From an uncultured Solibacteraceae bacterium (GTDB taxonomy: Bacteria > Acidobacteriota > Terriglobia > Bryobacterales > Bryobacteraceae): 64,000 nucleotides of DNA. Position 1 is the stretch's first letter; each line of letters opens with the position of its first letter. Position numbers and translations under genes: made by a program. Of this stretch, positions 10,471 to 20,477 are shown piece after piece. Under the pieces are notes generated by a model, which saw only the letters and a list, made by a program, of their open reading frames with translations, was not told the DNA's origin and did not search any database. The DNA lies in contig CAWFHD010000003.1 in assembly GCA_963815475.1 (NCBI GenBank), positions 4,218,566 through 4,282,565 of the forward strand, in the 5' to 3' direction.

Positions 10471-11343
10471 CTACCTGCCGCGAAGAACCGTCGCCACAAG
10501 GTCGCCCAGTTGCTTGCCCGTGTATCGATTGCCTTCGAGATTGGCGACCAGTTTTCCCTCGCGGTCAATCACTGCCGTGTGCAGGGAGTGGATGTAGAGT
10601 CCTTCGTCCGGCCAGTAGCCGACGCCAAAAAGGGCACACAGCCGCTGAATGTCCGCCGACGGTCCCGTCAGGAAGTGCCAGAACGTCGGATCGGCCTTCC
10701 AGATTTGTGCGTATCGCGCCAGCACATCGGGTCGATCGTTGCCGGGATCGAAGGTAACCGTGATCAAAACCAGGCCTGCGCTTGGGCCGAATCGTTTTTG
10801 GAGCTGCCCAAAATTGTTGGAGAGGCGGAAACAGTAATCCGGCAGAGGGCATCGCGTATAGACAAAATTCAGCGCCACCACCTTGCCGGCGAAGGCAGAA
10901 AATGTCACGGGGCTATTGGCCTGATCGGTGAGCGTGAAGTCGGGAACACGGTCGCCCGGGGCGAGTCGCGAGGCGGCGCTACCTTCGAGTAACTGCGACA
11001 GGAGCTTTAGGCGGTCCGCCTGCACCGGATCGCGCTCGGCGCTATCGAACTTCACAACCCGGATGTCTTCGGCACTGGATTTCTTTGCGTCAACCACCAA
11101 AGTGAATGCCACGGTGTCACCTGCATGAAGTCCACCCAGGATCTTTGCCGAATGAACCGGGAACGCCATCGTCATCGCATCCATGTAGCCGGGAATGCTA
11201 CTGTGTGAGACGATCATGGACTGATGATCCTGGTCGAGGGAGAGCACCATACCCGATACTGGATAACGGTGTTGTGCCGCTGCGCAAGCGTGCGCCACAA
11301 TCAGCATGAGCACCAGACGGTTCACGGAGCTATTGTCCCGCAA
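10471..11343 (-). CDS. SCO1/SenC-family thioredoxin-fold protein fused to an N-terminal CusF-like metal-binding domain
   Basis: CusF-like segment GMVLSLDQDHQSMIVSHSSIPGYMDAMTMAFPV. SCO-type motif VYTRCPLPDYC. The start is uncertain (TTG 11343, GTG 11325 or ATG 11307). Confidence 0.7.
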   Translation of the reverse strand: MRDNSSVNRLVLMLIVAHACAAAQHRYPVSGMVLSLDQDHQSMIVSHSSIPGYMDAMTMAFPVHSAKILGGLHAGDTVAFTLVVDAKKSSAEDIRVVKFDSAERDPVQADRLKLLSQLLEGSAASRLAPGDRVPDFTLTDQANSPVTFSAFAGKVVALNFVYTRCPLPDYCFRLSNNFGQLQKRFGPSAGLVLITVTFDPGNDRPDVLARYAQIWKADPTFWHFLTGPSADIQRLCALFGVGYWPDEGLYIHSLHTAVIDREGKLVANLEGNRYTGKQLGDLVATVLRGR

Positions 11344-11360
11344 ACAGAGAGGGGGCGGCG

Positions 11361-13903
11361 ATGAAGGGGCTGAGAATGATCGTCCCCGGTATTAGCCTTG
11401 CCGCCGCTCTTTGGTGGCTGTTGCCGACGGCCGCCCCACAGAGTGGTTCGTCCCCTTTACCGGTATCCATTATCGTGGCAGCCTCCGAACTGGAGGCCCG
11501 CAAGATTCTGGAGCGGCTCGATCACGGAGAGGATTTCGGCGCCCTCGCGAGGAGCCAATCCATCGACCCCAGCGCATCGGACGGCGGCTACCTGGGCAGC
11601 ATGAAACCGGAGGACTTGCGCCAGGAACTGCGGGAAGCGCTCAAGGGTGTGGTCGCCGGCCACTTCAGCGGTATTGTCAGAATCCCTTCGGGATACGCGA
11701 TTCTCAAGCTGCTGGAACGGCCGCCGGACAAGGCGCCGGCTCAGTCAGCCCCTACCAGAACGCAGGCCGTTGCGGCCGGCGGCACAGTTCGGCTGACATA
11801 CGATTACGCCGGCTTCGCGTCGGCACTGCTTGCGCTGCAGAAATTCAGCAAACCGGCCGGTTGGGACCGTGACCTGTCACAGGCTTGTGCGATGCGTGTG
11901 CAGTCCGTCGCCGGTGTGCTGGAACAGCTGCAGGCGCTGATCGCCCGTCCGGGAGCAGGCCCGGCATTGCTTCGCGATGGGAATGCGTTGAGCGCAGACC
12001 TGCACGCTTATCGGGGAGATATGGACGATGCCATTCGAGGCTGGCAGGCCGCATACGAAACGGCTCTGGCAAATTTCCCGGACAAGGCACCGCAGTTGGA
12101 AGAGTCGCTAGGTATCGCCTATCTGCACAAGGCCGGGTCGGTTCTCTATCAGGAGTTCGTTTTTCCGCGCCCTCTCGCCGCCGGTGTGGCGCGCGAACCC
12201 CAAAGGCAGGATCTGAAACGGGCCGAGGACTATTTTCTGCGTTATTTGAAACGCGAGCCTGCCGACGGAGAGGTCCGGTGGCTGCTCAACCTGGCATACA
12301 TGCTATCGGGCGAATATCCAGGGGGTGTCCCAAAGGAGTTCCTGATTGCGCCCGCCGTTTGGGAATCGAAGGAGGATGTCGTCCATTTTCAGAACGTGGC
12401 GGCCGCCGCGGGAGTGAACCGGCGCGGCCAGGCCGGCGGCGTCATTATCGAAGACTTCGACAACGACGGCGCGCTCGACATCGTCATCTCAAGCGTCAAC
12501 GACTGCGAAGCCATCGCGTATTATCGCAGCAATGGCGACGGCGCCTTCACTGATCGTACGGCGGCCGCGGTCTTGCCGGCATAACCGGTGGACTCAACAT
12601 CATCCAAACCGATTACAACAATGACGGCTGCAAGGACATTTTGGTTTTGCGCGGCGGCTGGGAGTATCCGCGGCCGAAGACGTTGTTACGCAACAACTGC
12701 AATGGCACATTTACCGATGTCACCGCAGGCAGCGGCCTGGAGGAACCGTTGACGGCTACTCAAACTGCCGTGTGGGCCGACATCGATAATGACGGCAAAC
12801 TCGACCTGTTTGTGGGCAACGAGAACGCCCCCAGCCAACTGTATCTGAATCGAGGCGATGGGACCTTCGTCGACATCGCAGCCGCTGCCGGTGTGAGCCA
12901 CCCCGGCTTCACGAAGGCTGTGGTCGCTGCCGACTACGACAACGATGGCTACACGGATTTCTACGTCTCCACATTAAACGGCGATCACCACCTCTACCAC
13001 AACAATCACAATCGGACGTTCACCGAGGTGACTGCAGCGGCCGGAGTACAAGGACCCTGGGCCAGCTTCGGCGCCTGGTTTTTCGACTACGACAATGACG
13101 GGTTGCCGGATCTCTTCGTGGCAAACTACGGAGCGTCCGTGGACGACGTGATGCGCGGCTTTCAGCGGCAGCCGCAGAATGGCGAGAAACTCAGGTTATT
13201 CCACAACCAGGGCGGCGGAAAATTCCGCGATGTGACTGCGGAAACTGGTCTGGATCGGGCGATGATGTCGATGGGACTGAATTTTGGAGACATCGACAAC
13301 GATGGATTTCTGGATTTCTACCTGGGGAGTGGCAATCCATCTTATGCTTCTCCCATTCCGAACGCCCTCTTTCACAATCAGGGCGGCAAACGGTTCGTAG
13401 ACATAGCCGCGTCGTCGGGAACCGGTATCCTGCCCAAGGGTCATGGCGTCGCGTTCGCCGATCTCGACCGCGATGGCGACGCAGATCTTTTCGTGGTGAT
13501 GGGTGGCGCGGTTCCAGGCGATCAACAAATGACTCGCCTGTTCGAAAACCCCGGAAACGGCAACGATTGGATCAACGTACGGTTGATGGGAGTGAAATCC
13601 AACCGCGCAGCCATCGGCGCCAGAATTCAGGTTACCGTTCGAAACGCGGGCGCAGAGCCGCGATCCATCTATCGTACCGTCGGCAGCGGCGGTTCTTTTG
13701 GCGCTTCTCCCTTCGAGCAGCATATTGGACTGGGAAACGCGGCGCGGATCGAAAGCCTGGAAGTCTGGTGGCCCGCCAGCAATACGCGCCAGGCCTTTTC
13801 CGGTATCGCCAAGAATCGCTTCTTTGAGATCGACGAATTCGCCAAGACGCCGCGAATTCTGGAGCGAAAGCCTTTCAAACTTGGTGGCCCGAAGCGCCCT
13901 TAG
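11361..13903 (+). pseudogene. PpiC-PPIase / TPR-like / FG-GAP / ASPIC-UnbV (CRTAC1-family) protein, interrupted by one frameshift
   Basis: Frame-0 ORF 11361-12584 ends ...FTDRTAAAVLPA*. Frame-2 continues LAGITGGLNIIQTDYNNDGCKDILVLRGGW... to 13903. One extra G near 12567-12570 would restore ...TAAAGLAGITGGLN. Confidence 0.7.
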
Positions 13904-14042
13904 AGAGCTTCCTCTTGCAGTTGTAAAATCCCTCTGGCGGAGCCTTTCTTTACAGTTAGTCATCTAACTTGCCACCTAGAATCACAGCTAGGGTCTAAGA
14001 ACCGGAAGTTAGTTTTGCGTTGCGAACCCTCCTTTTGCCACG

Positions 14043-15718
14043 ATGAAATCGCAGCGGGTCCTGCTTTCCGCTCTCATCTCGCTGATTCCTCTGTCCGGCA
14101 GCCCGGACCAGTGTAACTTCATCGATATTGCTGCTGAATCCGGTGTGACCGTTCCGAACACGTTTGGTGGCAAGACCCGGAAAGACTCGATTCTCGAAGC
14201 TACCGGAACGGGCGCGGCGATCTTCGACTACGACGGCGACGGCGCCAACGATTTGTTCATCGCCAATGGAGCCAGCCTTCGACCCAGCCGCGCCTAAGGC
14301 GCTTTCGCAGCTCTATCACAACGACGGCAAGGGTCATTTCACCGACGTGGCAAAGCAAGCCGGACTTACTCGATCCGGTTGGGCGCAGGCGGCATGTGTG
14401 GGCGATTTCGATAACGATGGACGGCCCGACCTGTTTGTCACTTACTACGGCCACAACGTCCTATATCGCAATCTCGGCAACGGGAAGTTTGCCGACGTCA
14501 CAAAACAGGCGGGCCTGCCCGTCGAAGGCGTGAGATGGGGCGCAGGGTGCGCGTTTGTCGACTATAACCGTGACGGCCACCTGGACCTGTTTGTTTCCAA
14601 CTATGTCGATCTGGACCTGGCCACCATGCCACGGCGCTGCGAGTGGAAGGGCATCACCGTATCGTGCGGTCCCGTGGGGCTGCCGAAAGGCCACAACGCG
14701 CTGTATCGCAACAAAGGAGATGGCACTTTTACGGATGTGTCCGAGGAGTCTGGAATCCTGTCGCCTGGCGGTCGATACGGGCTCGGAGTAGTCACCGCCG
14801 ATTTTGATAACGATGGCTGGCCGGACATCTATGTGGCCTGCGACCAGACACCGAGTTTGCTGTATCGCAACAAACACGACGGAACGTTTGAAGAGGTGGC
14901 CGACCGCGCGGGAGTTGCGTACAATGCCGACGGCAGTTTACAGGCAGGCATGGGAGTGGCGGTCGCCGACTATGACGGCAACGGATTTCTGGATATCGCC
15001 AAGACGAACTTCTCGGGCGACCGGCCATCCCTCTACAGAAATGAAAAGGCTACCTTCTTTGAGGATGTGTCTCTACAGGCCGGCTTGGGACGCAACCACC
15101 TGCTGGGCTGGGGCATCGCATTCCTGGATATCGACGAGGACGGTTGGCCCGATCTAGTGATGGCGAACGGGCATGTCTATCCGGAGGTCGACCGGTCCGC
15201 GGTCGGCGAAACATTCCGGCAGAGATCACTGCTATACCGCAACCTGGGCAATGGACAGTTTGCGGATATCACTGCGTCGGCAGGACCAGGATTCGCGCCC
15301 AACCGGCCGGCTCGAGGGCTCGCGGTGGGCGACCTGGACGGCGACGGCCGGTCCGGAGATTGTGATCGTCAATATGAATGAGCGTCCAACCGTGCTGAAA
15401 AACCGGAGTTCGCGGCGTAACGCGGTGGCAATTCAACTGACAGGAACGCGGTCGAACCGTAGTGCGATCGGGGCCCGTTGCGTGGTGGTAGCAGGCGGCC
15501 ATAAACAAATTGCCGAAGTGATGAGCGGCGGTAGCTTTTATTCGCAGAACTCATTGACCCTCTACTTCGGGTTGGGGGGTGAGACGAAAATCGATCGCAT
15601 TGAAGTGCATTGGCCTTCGGGCGAGGCGCAGATCTGGAGTGACGTGATGGCGAATCGGACGCTGCTCCTCACGGAGGGACAAGAAGCGATTCGGGAAGCG
15701 CGCTGGGCGCAGCGATAG
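14043..15718 (+). pseudogene. CRTAC1-family FG-GAP / ASPIC-UnbV protein, interrupted by two frameshifts
   Basis: Three overlapping ORFs in frames 0, 1 and 2 (14043-14297, 14164-15381, 15173-15718) read through as one family member. The junctions are ...DLFIANG|..PAFDPAAPKALSQLYHNDGKG and ...GDLDGDGR|PEIVIVNMNERP (extra T at 15352). Confidence 0.7.
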
Positions 15719-15983
15719 AGTGGAGTGATTAATCGCCGCCCATCGGCGCCCGTGCCGATCTCGTGAGTCTGCGCAGCCGGCTTAGTCCTTGCCGGATCCG
15801 TGTGCGCTCAGCCGTTCCGCTGCCACCCCCCCGAGCTTGGTAGTCCATGCCGTCACCGCCTTGCCCCACCAGCGCTACCAGTACTCATATCGCAATAATC
15901 AATATATTATATTAAGGTCTTAAATTATACTGTATTCCAGGGCTTCTCATAGGCGCGCCCAATTCGGTTTCGTCGGAGGACGT

Positions 15984-17885
15984 ATGAGACTCTACGGTGC
16001 TGTTTTAGCGGTCCTGTTAGTTTTGCCTGCGCAAGCGCAGATTTTCAAGCAGAACCTCATTGCCAATGGAGACGCCGAAGCCGGCCAGTCGGTCGCGTCT
16101 GGGGCGTCGACCACCAAGGTGAGCGTGCCACAATGGACCACGGTTGGCGGGTTCACGGTTGGAACCTACGACGGCCCGAGCTTTCTCCAGAAGACAGATC
16201 CCGGTCCGGTAAATCGTGGAAAGCAGTTCTTCTACGGTGGCCCAGGCGGCGCCGTGTCCAGCGCCTCGCAGGTTGTGGATCTGAGCGCCGCCGGAACCGA
16301 GATCGACGCCGGTCTGGTGCAATTCCACTATTCCGCATACCTCGGTCTTATCGGCGGGTCTTACGGGAATATTGACGAGATCAACATCGCGGTCGATTTT
16401 CAGGATGCCTCCGGAGCCATCTTGCTCCATGCGATGGCTAATGGTCCTAGCAATGATGATGCCGATATCAGCGGTGTGGGCCTTCTGGAACGAAGCGTCT
16501 CCGGCTCTCTCCCACCCAAGGTGCGCAAGGCAAAGGTAACGATTTACCTGTCTACGGGCGGGTCCGGGGCAATCGCCAGCAACTACGCGGCGGACAATAT
16601 CTCACTGGTATTGACGACACTGGCGACGAATCCTACGTTCGGTGTCAATCTCCTGGTGAACGGCGATGCCGAGATGGAACCGACCGAGATCACGCGACAG
16701 GACGGTTATACCGACAAACTGCCAATACCTGCCTGGAATTCCAACGTATATCTGCAAGCCTGGAAATGGGGCGAAGAGTATTACAAATATCCCCAACTCA
16801 CCGACCCTGGGCCACAGGACCGCGGCAAATACTATATCGCGTGCTACACCTATCACCCCTGCCAGGCATATCAGACCTTCGATTTCAGCGCGGCAAAGAG
16901 TCTTGTGGATGCCGGCAAGTTGAGTTTCTCGCTTTCGGGCTGGCTGGGAGGCGGACTGAGCTCCGATGTGAATCTCCCGGACAACGCCGACGTCACCGTA
17001 ACGTTCTACGATTCCGCCAATAAGGCGATGGGTTCCGGCGCCACCATCGGCCCGGTTTTGGCAAAGGACCGCAACGGCAAGGTCGGCCTTTTCCAACGCT
17101 CTACTGTCGGCGTGGTTCCTTTGGGCGCCAGGTTGGCCCGCATCACGATCACGTTCCATGGGTCCGGTGACATGATCTATGCCTACGCCGACAGCCTTTC
17201 GTTCACGCTCAACATCATGCAGGTGACCGCGGTGGTCAACGCCGCCAGTTCGCAAGCCGGACCGGTTGCAGGCGGGCAGTTCGTCAGTCTGTACGGCTCC
17301 GGACTCGGTCCCACGCCCTACGTCACGGGCTGGCAAAAGGGATTAGGCGGAACCAAGGTCTTCTTCAATGGAATCGAAGCGTGGATGACTCTAGCGGCAG
17401 ATGGGCAGATCAACGTCGTCGTCCCATACGGGGTAACTGGCAAGGCGGATGTCACGGTGCAGTTTAACGGGAAGACCTCCGACCCGTTCCCGTTGGCGGT
17501 CACTGATTCAGGGCCCGGCATTTTCACCTGGGATACCGGCCCAGGGCCGGCGGTGATCGTCGCCAACGGCGGGGCAAGGGTCAATCCGAGGACAAACCAG
17601 GTGGCGCGCGGCGACTCTATCGCCTTCTGGGCGACGGGCCAGGGCCCGGTCACTCCAGGCGGGCAGGACGGCGAAGCAATCTCGGGATGGAAGGCTCTGA
17701 TGCTCAATTCCAAGGTGACAATCGGCGGCGTGGATGCCCAAGTGACGTTCATCGGACTGTTGTATACGGGAGTGATTCAGGTGAACGCGGTCATCCCGGT
17801 GACCGTACCCGCTGGCGACAACGAATTGATCCTGACGATCGGTAATTCGGTCAGCAGGAAAGGCGTGACGATTCCAATCAAGTAA
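15984..17885 (+). CDS. Secreted protein with two N-terminal jelly-roll-like repeats and a Solibacter-type C-terminal domain (TIGR03437-like)
   Basis: Signal peptide MRLYGAVLAVLLVLPAQAQ. Internal duplication (NLIANGDAEAG... / NLLVNGDAEMEP...). The C-terminus VVNAASSQAGPVAGGQFVSLYGSGLGP...PGIFT...IQVNAVIP...KGVTIPIK matches my memory of TIGR03437. Confidence 0.7.
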   Translation: MRLYGAVLAVLLVLPAQAQIFKQNLIANGDAEAGQSVASGASTTKVSVPQWTTVGGFTVGTYDGPSFLQKTDPGPVNRGKQFFYGGPGGAVSSASQVVDLSAAGTEIDAGLVQFHYSAYLGLIGGSYGNIDEINIAVDFQDASGAILLHAMANGPSNDDADISGVGLLERSVSGSLPPKVRKAKVTIYLSTGGSGAIASNYAADNISLVLTTLATNPTFGVNLLVNGDAEMEPTEITRQDGYTDKLPIPAWNSNVYLQAWKWGEEYYKYPQLTDPGPQDRGKYYIACYTYHPCQAYQTFDFSAAKSLVDAGKLSFSLSGWLGGGLSSDVNLPDNADVTVTFYDSANKAMGSGATIGPVLAKDRNGKVGLFQRSTVGVVPLGARLARITITFHGSGDMIYAYADSLSFTLNIMQVTAVVNAASSQAGPVAGGQFVSLYGSGLGPTPYVTGWQKGLGGTKVFFNGIEAWMTLAADGQINVVVPYGVTGKADVTVQFNGKTSDPFPLAVTDSGPGIFTWDTGPGPAVIVANGGARVNPRTNQVARGDSIAFWATGQGPVTPGGQDGEAISGWKALMLNSKVTIGGVDAQVTFIGLLYTGVIQVNAVIPVTVPAGDNELILTIGNSVSRKGVTIPIK

Positions 17886-17893
17886 AGTCGGCG

Positions 17894-20308
17894 TCAGTCT
17901 TCCCGAAGAGCTACCATGGGGTCCACCGAAACTGCACGACGCGCCGGAATGCAGCACGCCAGAAGCGCGGACGCCATCAGGATTGCTGCAACCACGCTGA
18001 AGGCCGTGAGATCAAGGGCGTTCACACCGTAGAGCGTACTTTGCATGGCGCGTCCCACCAAGTATGCGCCGGCCAAGCCCAGCGCCAGACCAATCGCGCT
18101 CAATCGCAGACCCTCGCTAAGGACCATTCGCAACACGTCGATCCGACCGGCGCCTAACGCAATCCGCAGACCGATCTCGTGGGTGCGCTGGGCCACCAGA
18201 AATGCCATCACGCCGTAGATTCCGAGAACTGCCAACAGCAGCGCGACCGCAGCGAAGCTGGAGATGAGCACCGTTGAAAACCGGTCCCCGGCGTGCGATT
18301 CAGCCAACACCTGATCCATGGTTTCCGTGCCCGCCATGGGCAAATCGGGATCGAGCGACCGGATGGCAGCGCCTAGGCTCTTGGTCATGGCGCTGGGATC
18401 GCCGGCGGTTCGCACGGCCAGACCTGCACTGGGCCACGGACTCTGCCAGAACGGTACGTAGACGGTGGGAAAATCGCCGGGTCGCCCACCGTTGATCACG
18501 GTGTGGAACACACCCACGATCTGCCACTCCACGGCGGGGCCAAGTTTGGTTACGCCCGGCACGAGTTCCTCTATAAGCACGCGCTGTTTCAGTGGATCCA
18601 CGTCTTTCAAGTAACGGCGCACGAAGGTCTCATCTACCATCGCGACGCGGGGAGAGCCGGGAAGATCGCGCTCGTCGATCGCGCGCCCCTTGAAGGTCTG
18701 AATGCCGAAGGTATGGAAGTAGCCCGGCGTGACCATCTGGAAGCCGGTGCCCGGCCGGGCCGAAGCGTCCGCCACGGGTTTGCCCACGATGGTGAACGGC
18801 ATCCCGAACCCGGCGCCTTGCAGAGGCATGCCCGTGGTGGCTGTGACGTCGCGGACACCGGGCACCGCCGAAACGCGAGCGAGCACATCGCGATAGAAGC
18901 CACGGATCTTTTCGGGTTCGGAGAGACGGCCCTGCGGGACGGGCAGGAAGAACGTCAGGATATGGTCCGTGCGAACACCCAAGTCGAGTCGTGTCACTTT
19001 CCAAAAGCTGTGGATGGCCAGACCGGCGCCCGCCAGCAAGGTCAGCGCCAGGGCAAATTCTCCAACCACCAGCGCGCGACGGATGAAATGCTTGCCGAAG
19101 CCCACGGAGCGGCCCGATTGTTTGAGCACGGCGTTGAGGTTGAGGCGGGCCGCCTGGAACGCGGGGGCGCTGCCCGCGAGGATTCCGGCCATCAGAGTGG
19201 CGGCCAAGGTGAACAGTAGCACGGGCAAGTTGAGACTGACGTCCGCTTCAGACGGCAGCGTGTCGTTCGGCATGTAGTAGGTGAGCAGCTTCAGAATTCC
19301 CCAGCCCAGCCCCACTCCCACCGTTCCGCCGATGGTCGCCAGCAGCAGGCCTTCGCTGATCATCTGCCGGAACAGGCGCGCCCTGCCGGCTCCGATGGAT
19401 GCGCGGATAGCGATTTCGCGCTCGCGGGCGGTGCCGCGCGCCAGCAGCAAATTAGTCACGTTGGCGCAGGCGATCAGCAGGACGAACGCGACTCCACCCA
19501 TCAGGAAGTACAGACCCTGGATCTCTTCCTTCGGGAGAAAATCGTTGCGCAGCGGCTCTACGCTCGCACCCCATCCCTTATCTTGCGGATAGACCTCGCC
19601 TATATGTTTCGTCACGGCATCCATGTCGGCTTGGGCTTGCTTGATCGATACCCCGTCTTTCAAACGGCCCATAGCCAGCAGCCAATGGAAATCGTGATTG
19701 ACCTGCTCGGGCTTAATCGATAGGGGTACCCAAAGCTGGTTGGGCATGCGGTCCATCTGGCCGGACGGCATGATCCCAACTACCGTGTAGGGTTCGCCAT
19801 TCATGCGAATGCTTTGGCCTACGATGTCGTGCTTGCCTCCGAAGCGGCGCTGCCACAGGCGATTCGAGAACACCACCACATGATCCTTGCCGGGCTGGTC
19901 CTCGTCCGGCCGGAAATCGCGCCCCAGCACCGGCGGAACGCCTAGTCCCGTGAGCTGGCCGGGAGTCGTCTGAGAGCCTGGAACTTGCTCGGGACCCTCG
20001 GCGCCTCCCATGTTGGCGTTGAAACCGCTCCAGGCCCACAGACCCTGAAAGGAGTGGCTCTGCTTCTGCCAGTCGAGGAAATCCCCGGCGGCGATGCCGT
20101 TGCGATTTCCCTGAATCCTGGACCAAACCATCACCAGTTGATCGGCCTTTGGGTAAGGCATGGGAGCGTACAACGTGGCGTAGATCACACTGAAGATGGC
20201 GGTATTCGGTCCCACCCCGAGCGCTAGCGCCAGCACCGCAACGACGGTGAAGCTCTTGTTTTGCCAAAGCAATCGGAAAGCAAACCGAAAATCGCGCAGT
20301 AAATTCAT
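17894..20308 (-). CDS. MacB-like ABC transporter permease, ADOP type
   Basis: MNLLRDFRFAFRLLWQNKSFTVVAVLALALGVGPNTAIFSV; 804 aa; duplicated FtsX architecture. Confidence 0.85.
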   Translation of the reverse strand: MNLLRDFRFAFRLLWQNKSFTVVAVLALALGVGPNTAIFSVIYATLYAPMPYPKADQLVMVWSRIQGNRNGIAAGDFLDWQKQSHSFQGLWAWSGFNANMGGAEGPEQVPGSQTTPGQLTGLGVPPVLGRDFRPDEDQPGKDHVVVFSNRLWQRRFGGKHDIVGQSIRMNGEPYTVVGIMPSGQMDRMPNQLWVPLSIKPEQVNHDFHWLLAMGRLKDGVSIKQAQADMDAVTKHIGEVYPQDKGWGASVEPLRNDFLPKEEIQGLYFLMGGVAFVLLIACANVTNLLLARGTAREREIAIRASIGAGRARLFRQMISEGLLLATIGGTVGVGLGWGILKLLTYYMPNDTLPSEADVSLNLPVLLFTLAATLMAGILAGSAPAFQAARLNLNAVLKQSGRSVGFGKHFIRRALVVGEFALALTLLAGAGLAIHSFWKVTRLDLGVRTDHILTFFLPVPQGRLSEPEKIRGFYRDVLARVSAVPGVRDVTATTGMPLQGAGFGMPFTIVGKPVADASARPGTGFQMVTPGYFHTFGIQTFKGRAIDERDLPGSPRVAMVDETFVRRYLKDVDPLKQRVLIEELVPGVTKLGPAVEWQIVGVFHTVINGGRPGDFPTVYVPFWQSPWPSAGLAVRTAGDPSAMTKSLGAAIRSLDPDLPMAGTETMDQVLAESHAGDRFSTVLISSFAAVALLLAVLGIYGVMAFLVAQRTHEIGLRIALGAGRIDVLRMVLSEGLRLSAIGLALGLAGAYLVGRAMQSTLYGVNALDLTAFSVVAAILMASALLACCIPARRAVSVDPMVALRED

Positions 20309-20441
20309 CAGGCGTCCTTCCGCGTGCGTCTGGACACGACGCTGCGCGACCGATCCAAAAGGTCCATGGCTTAAAAGACGTCAACACAGCGAATTTGTTC
20401 CGCAGGCGGCGTGTGATCCATCGGCGGCACACGAAAAGGCA

Positions 20442-20447
20442 TATAAT
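20442..20447 (+). promoter_or_regulatory. Possible -10 element (TATAAT) upstream of the repeat protein gene
   Basis: A perfect TATAAT lies 30 nt upstream of ATG 20478. No convincing -35 was seen. Confidence 0.3.
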
Positions 20448-20477
20448 ACTCGGGACAGCTTAAGAGAGCATCGATCA

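Noticed and set aside
12554-15356. Programmed ribosomal frameshifting at the CRTAC1 junctions, and also at 53160-53440
   Set aside because: No slippery heptamer (X XXY YYZ) or downstream pseudoknot-like structure is visible at any of the six junctions. The directions are mixed across genes, with one deletion and five insertions.
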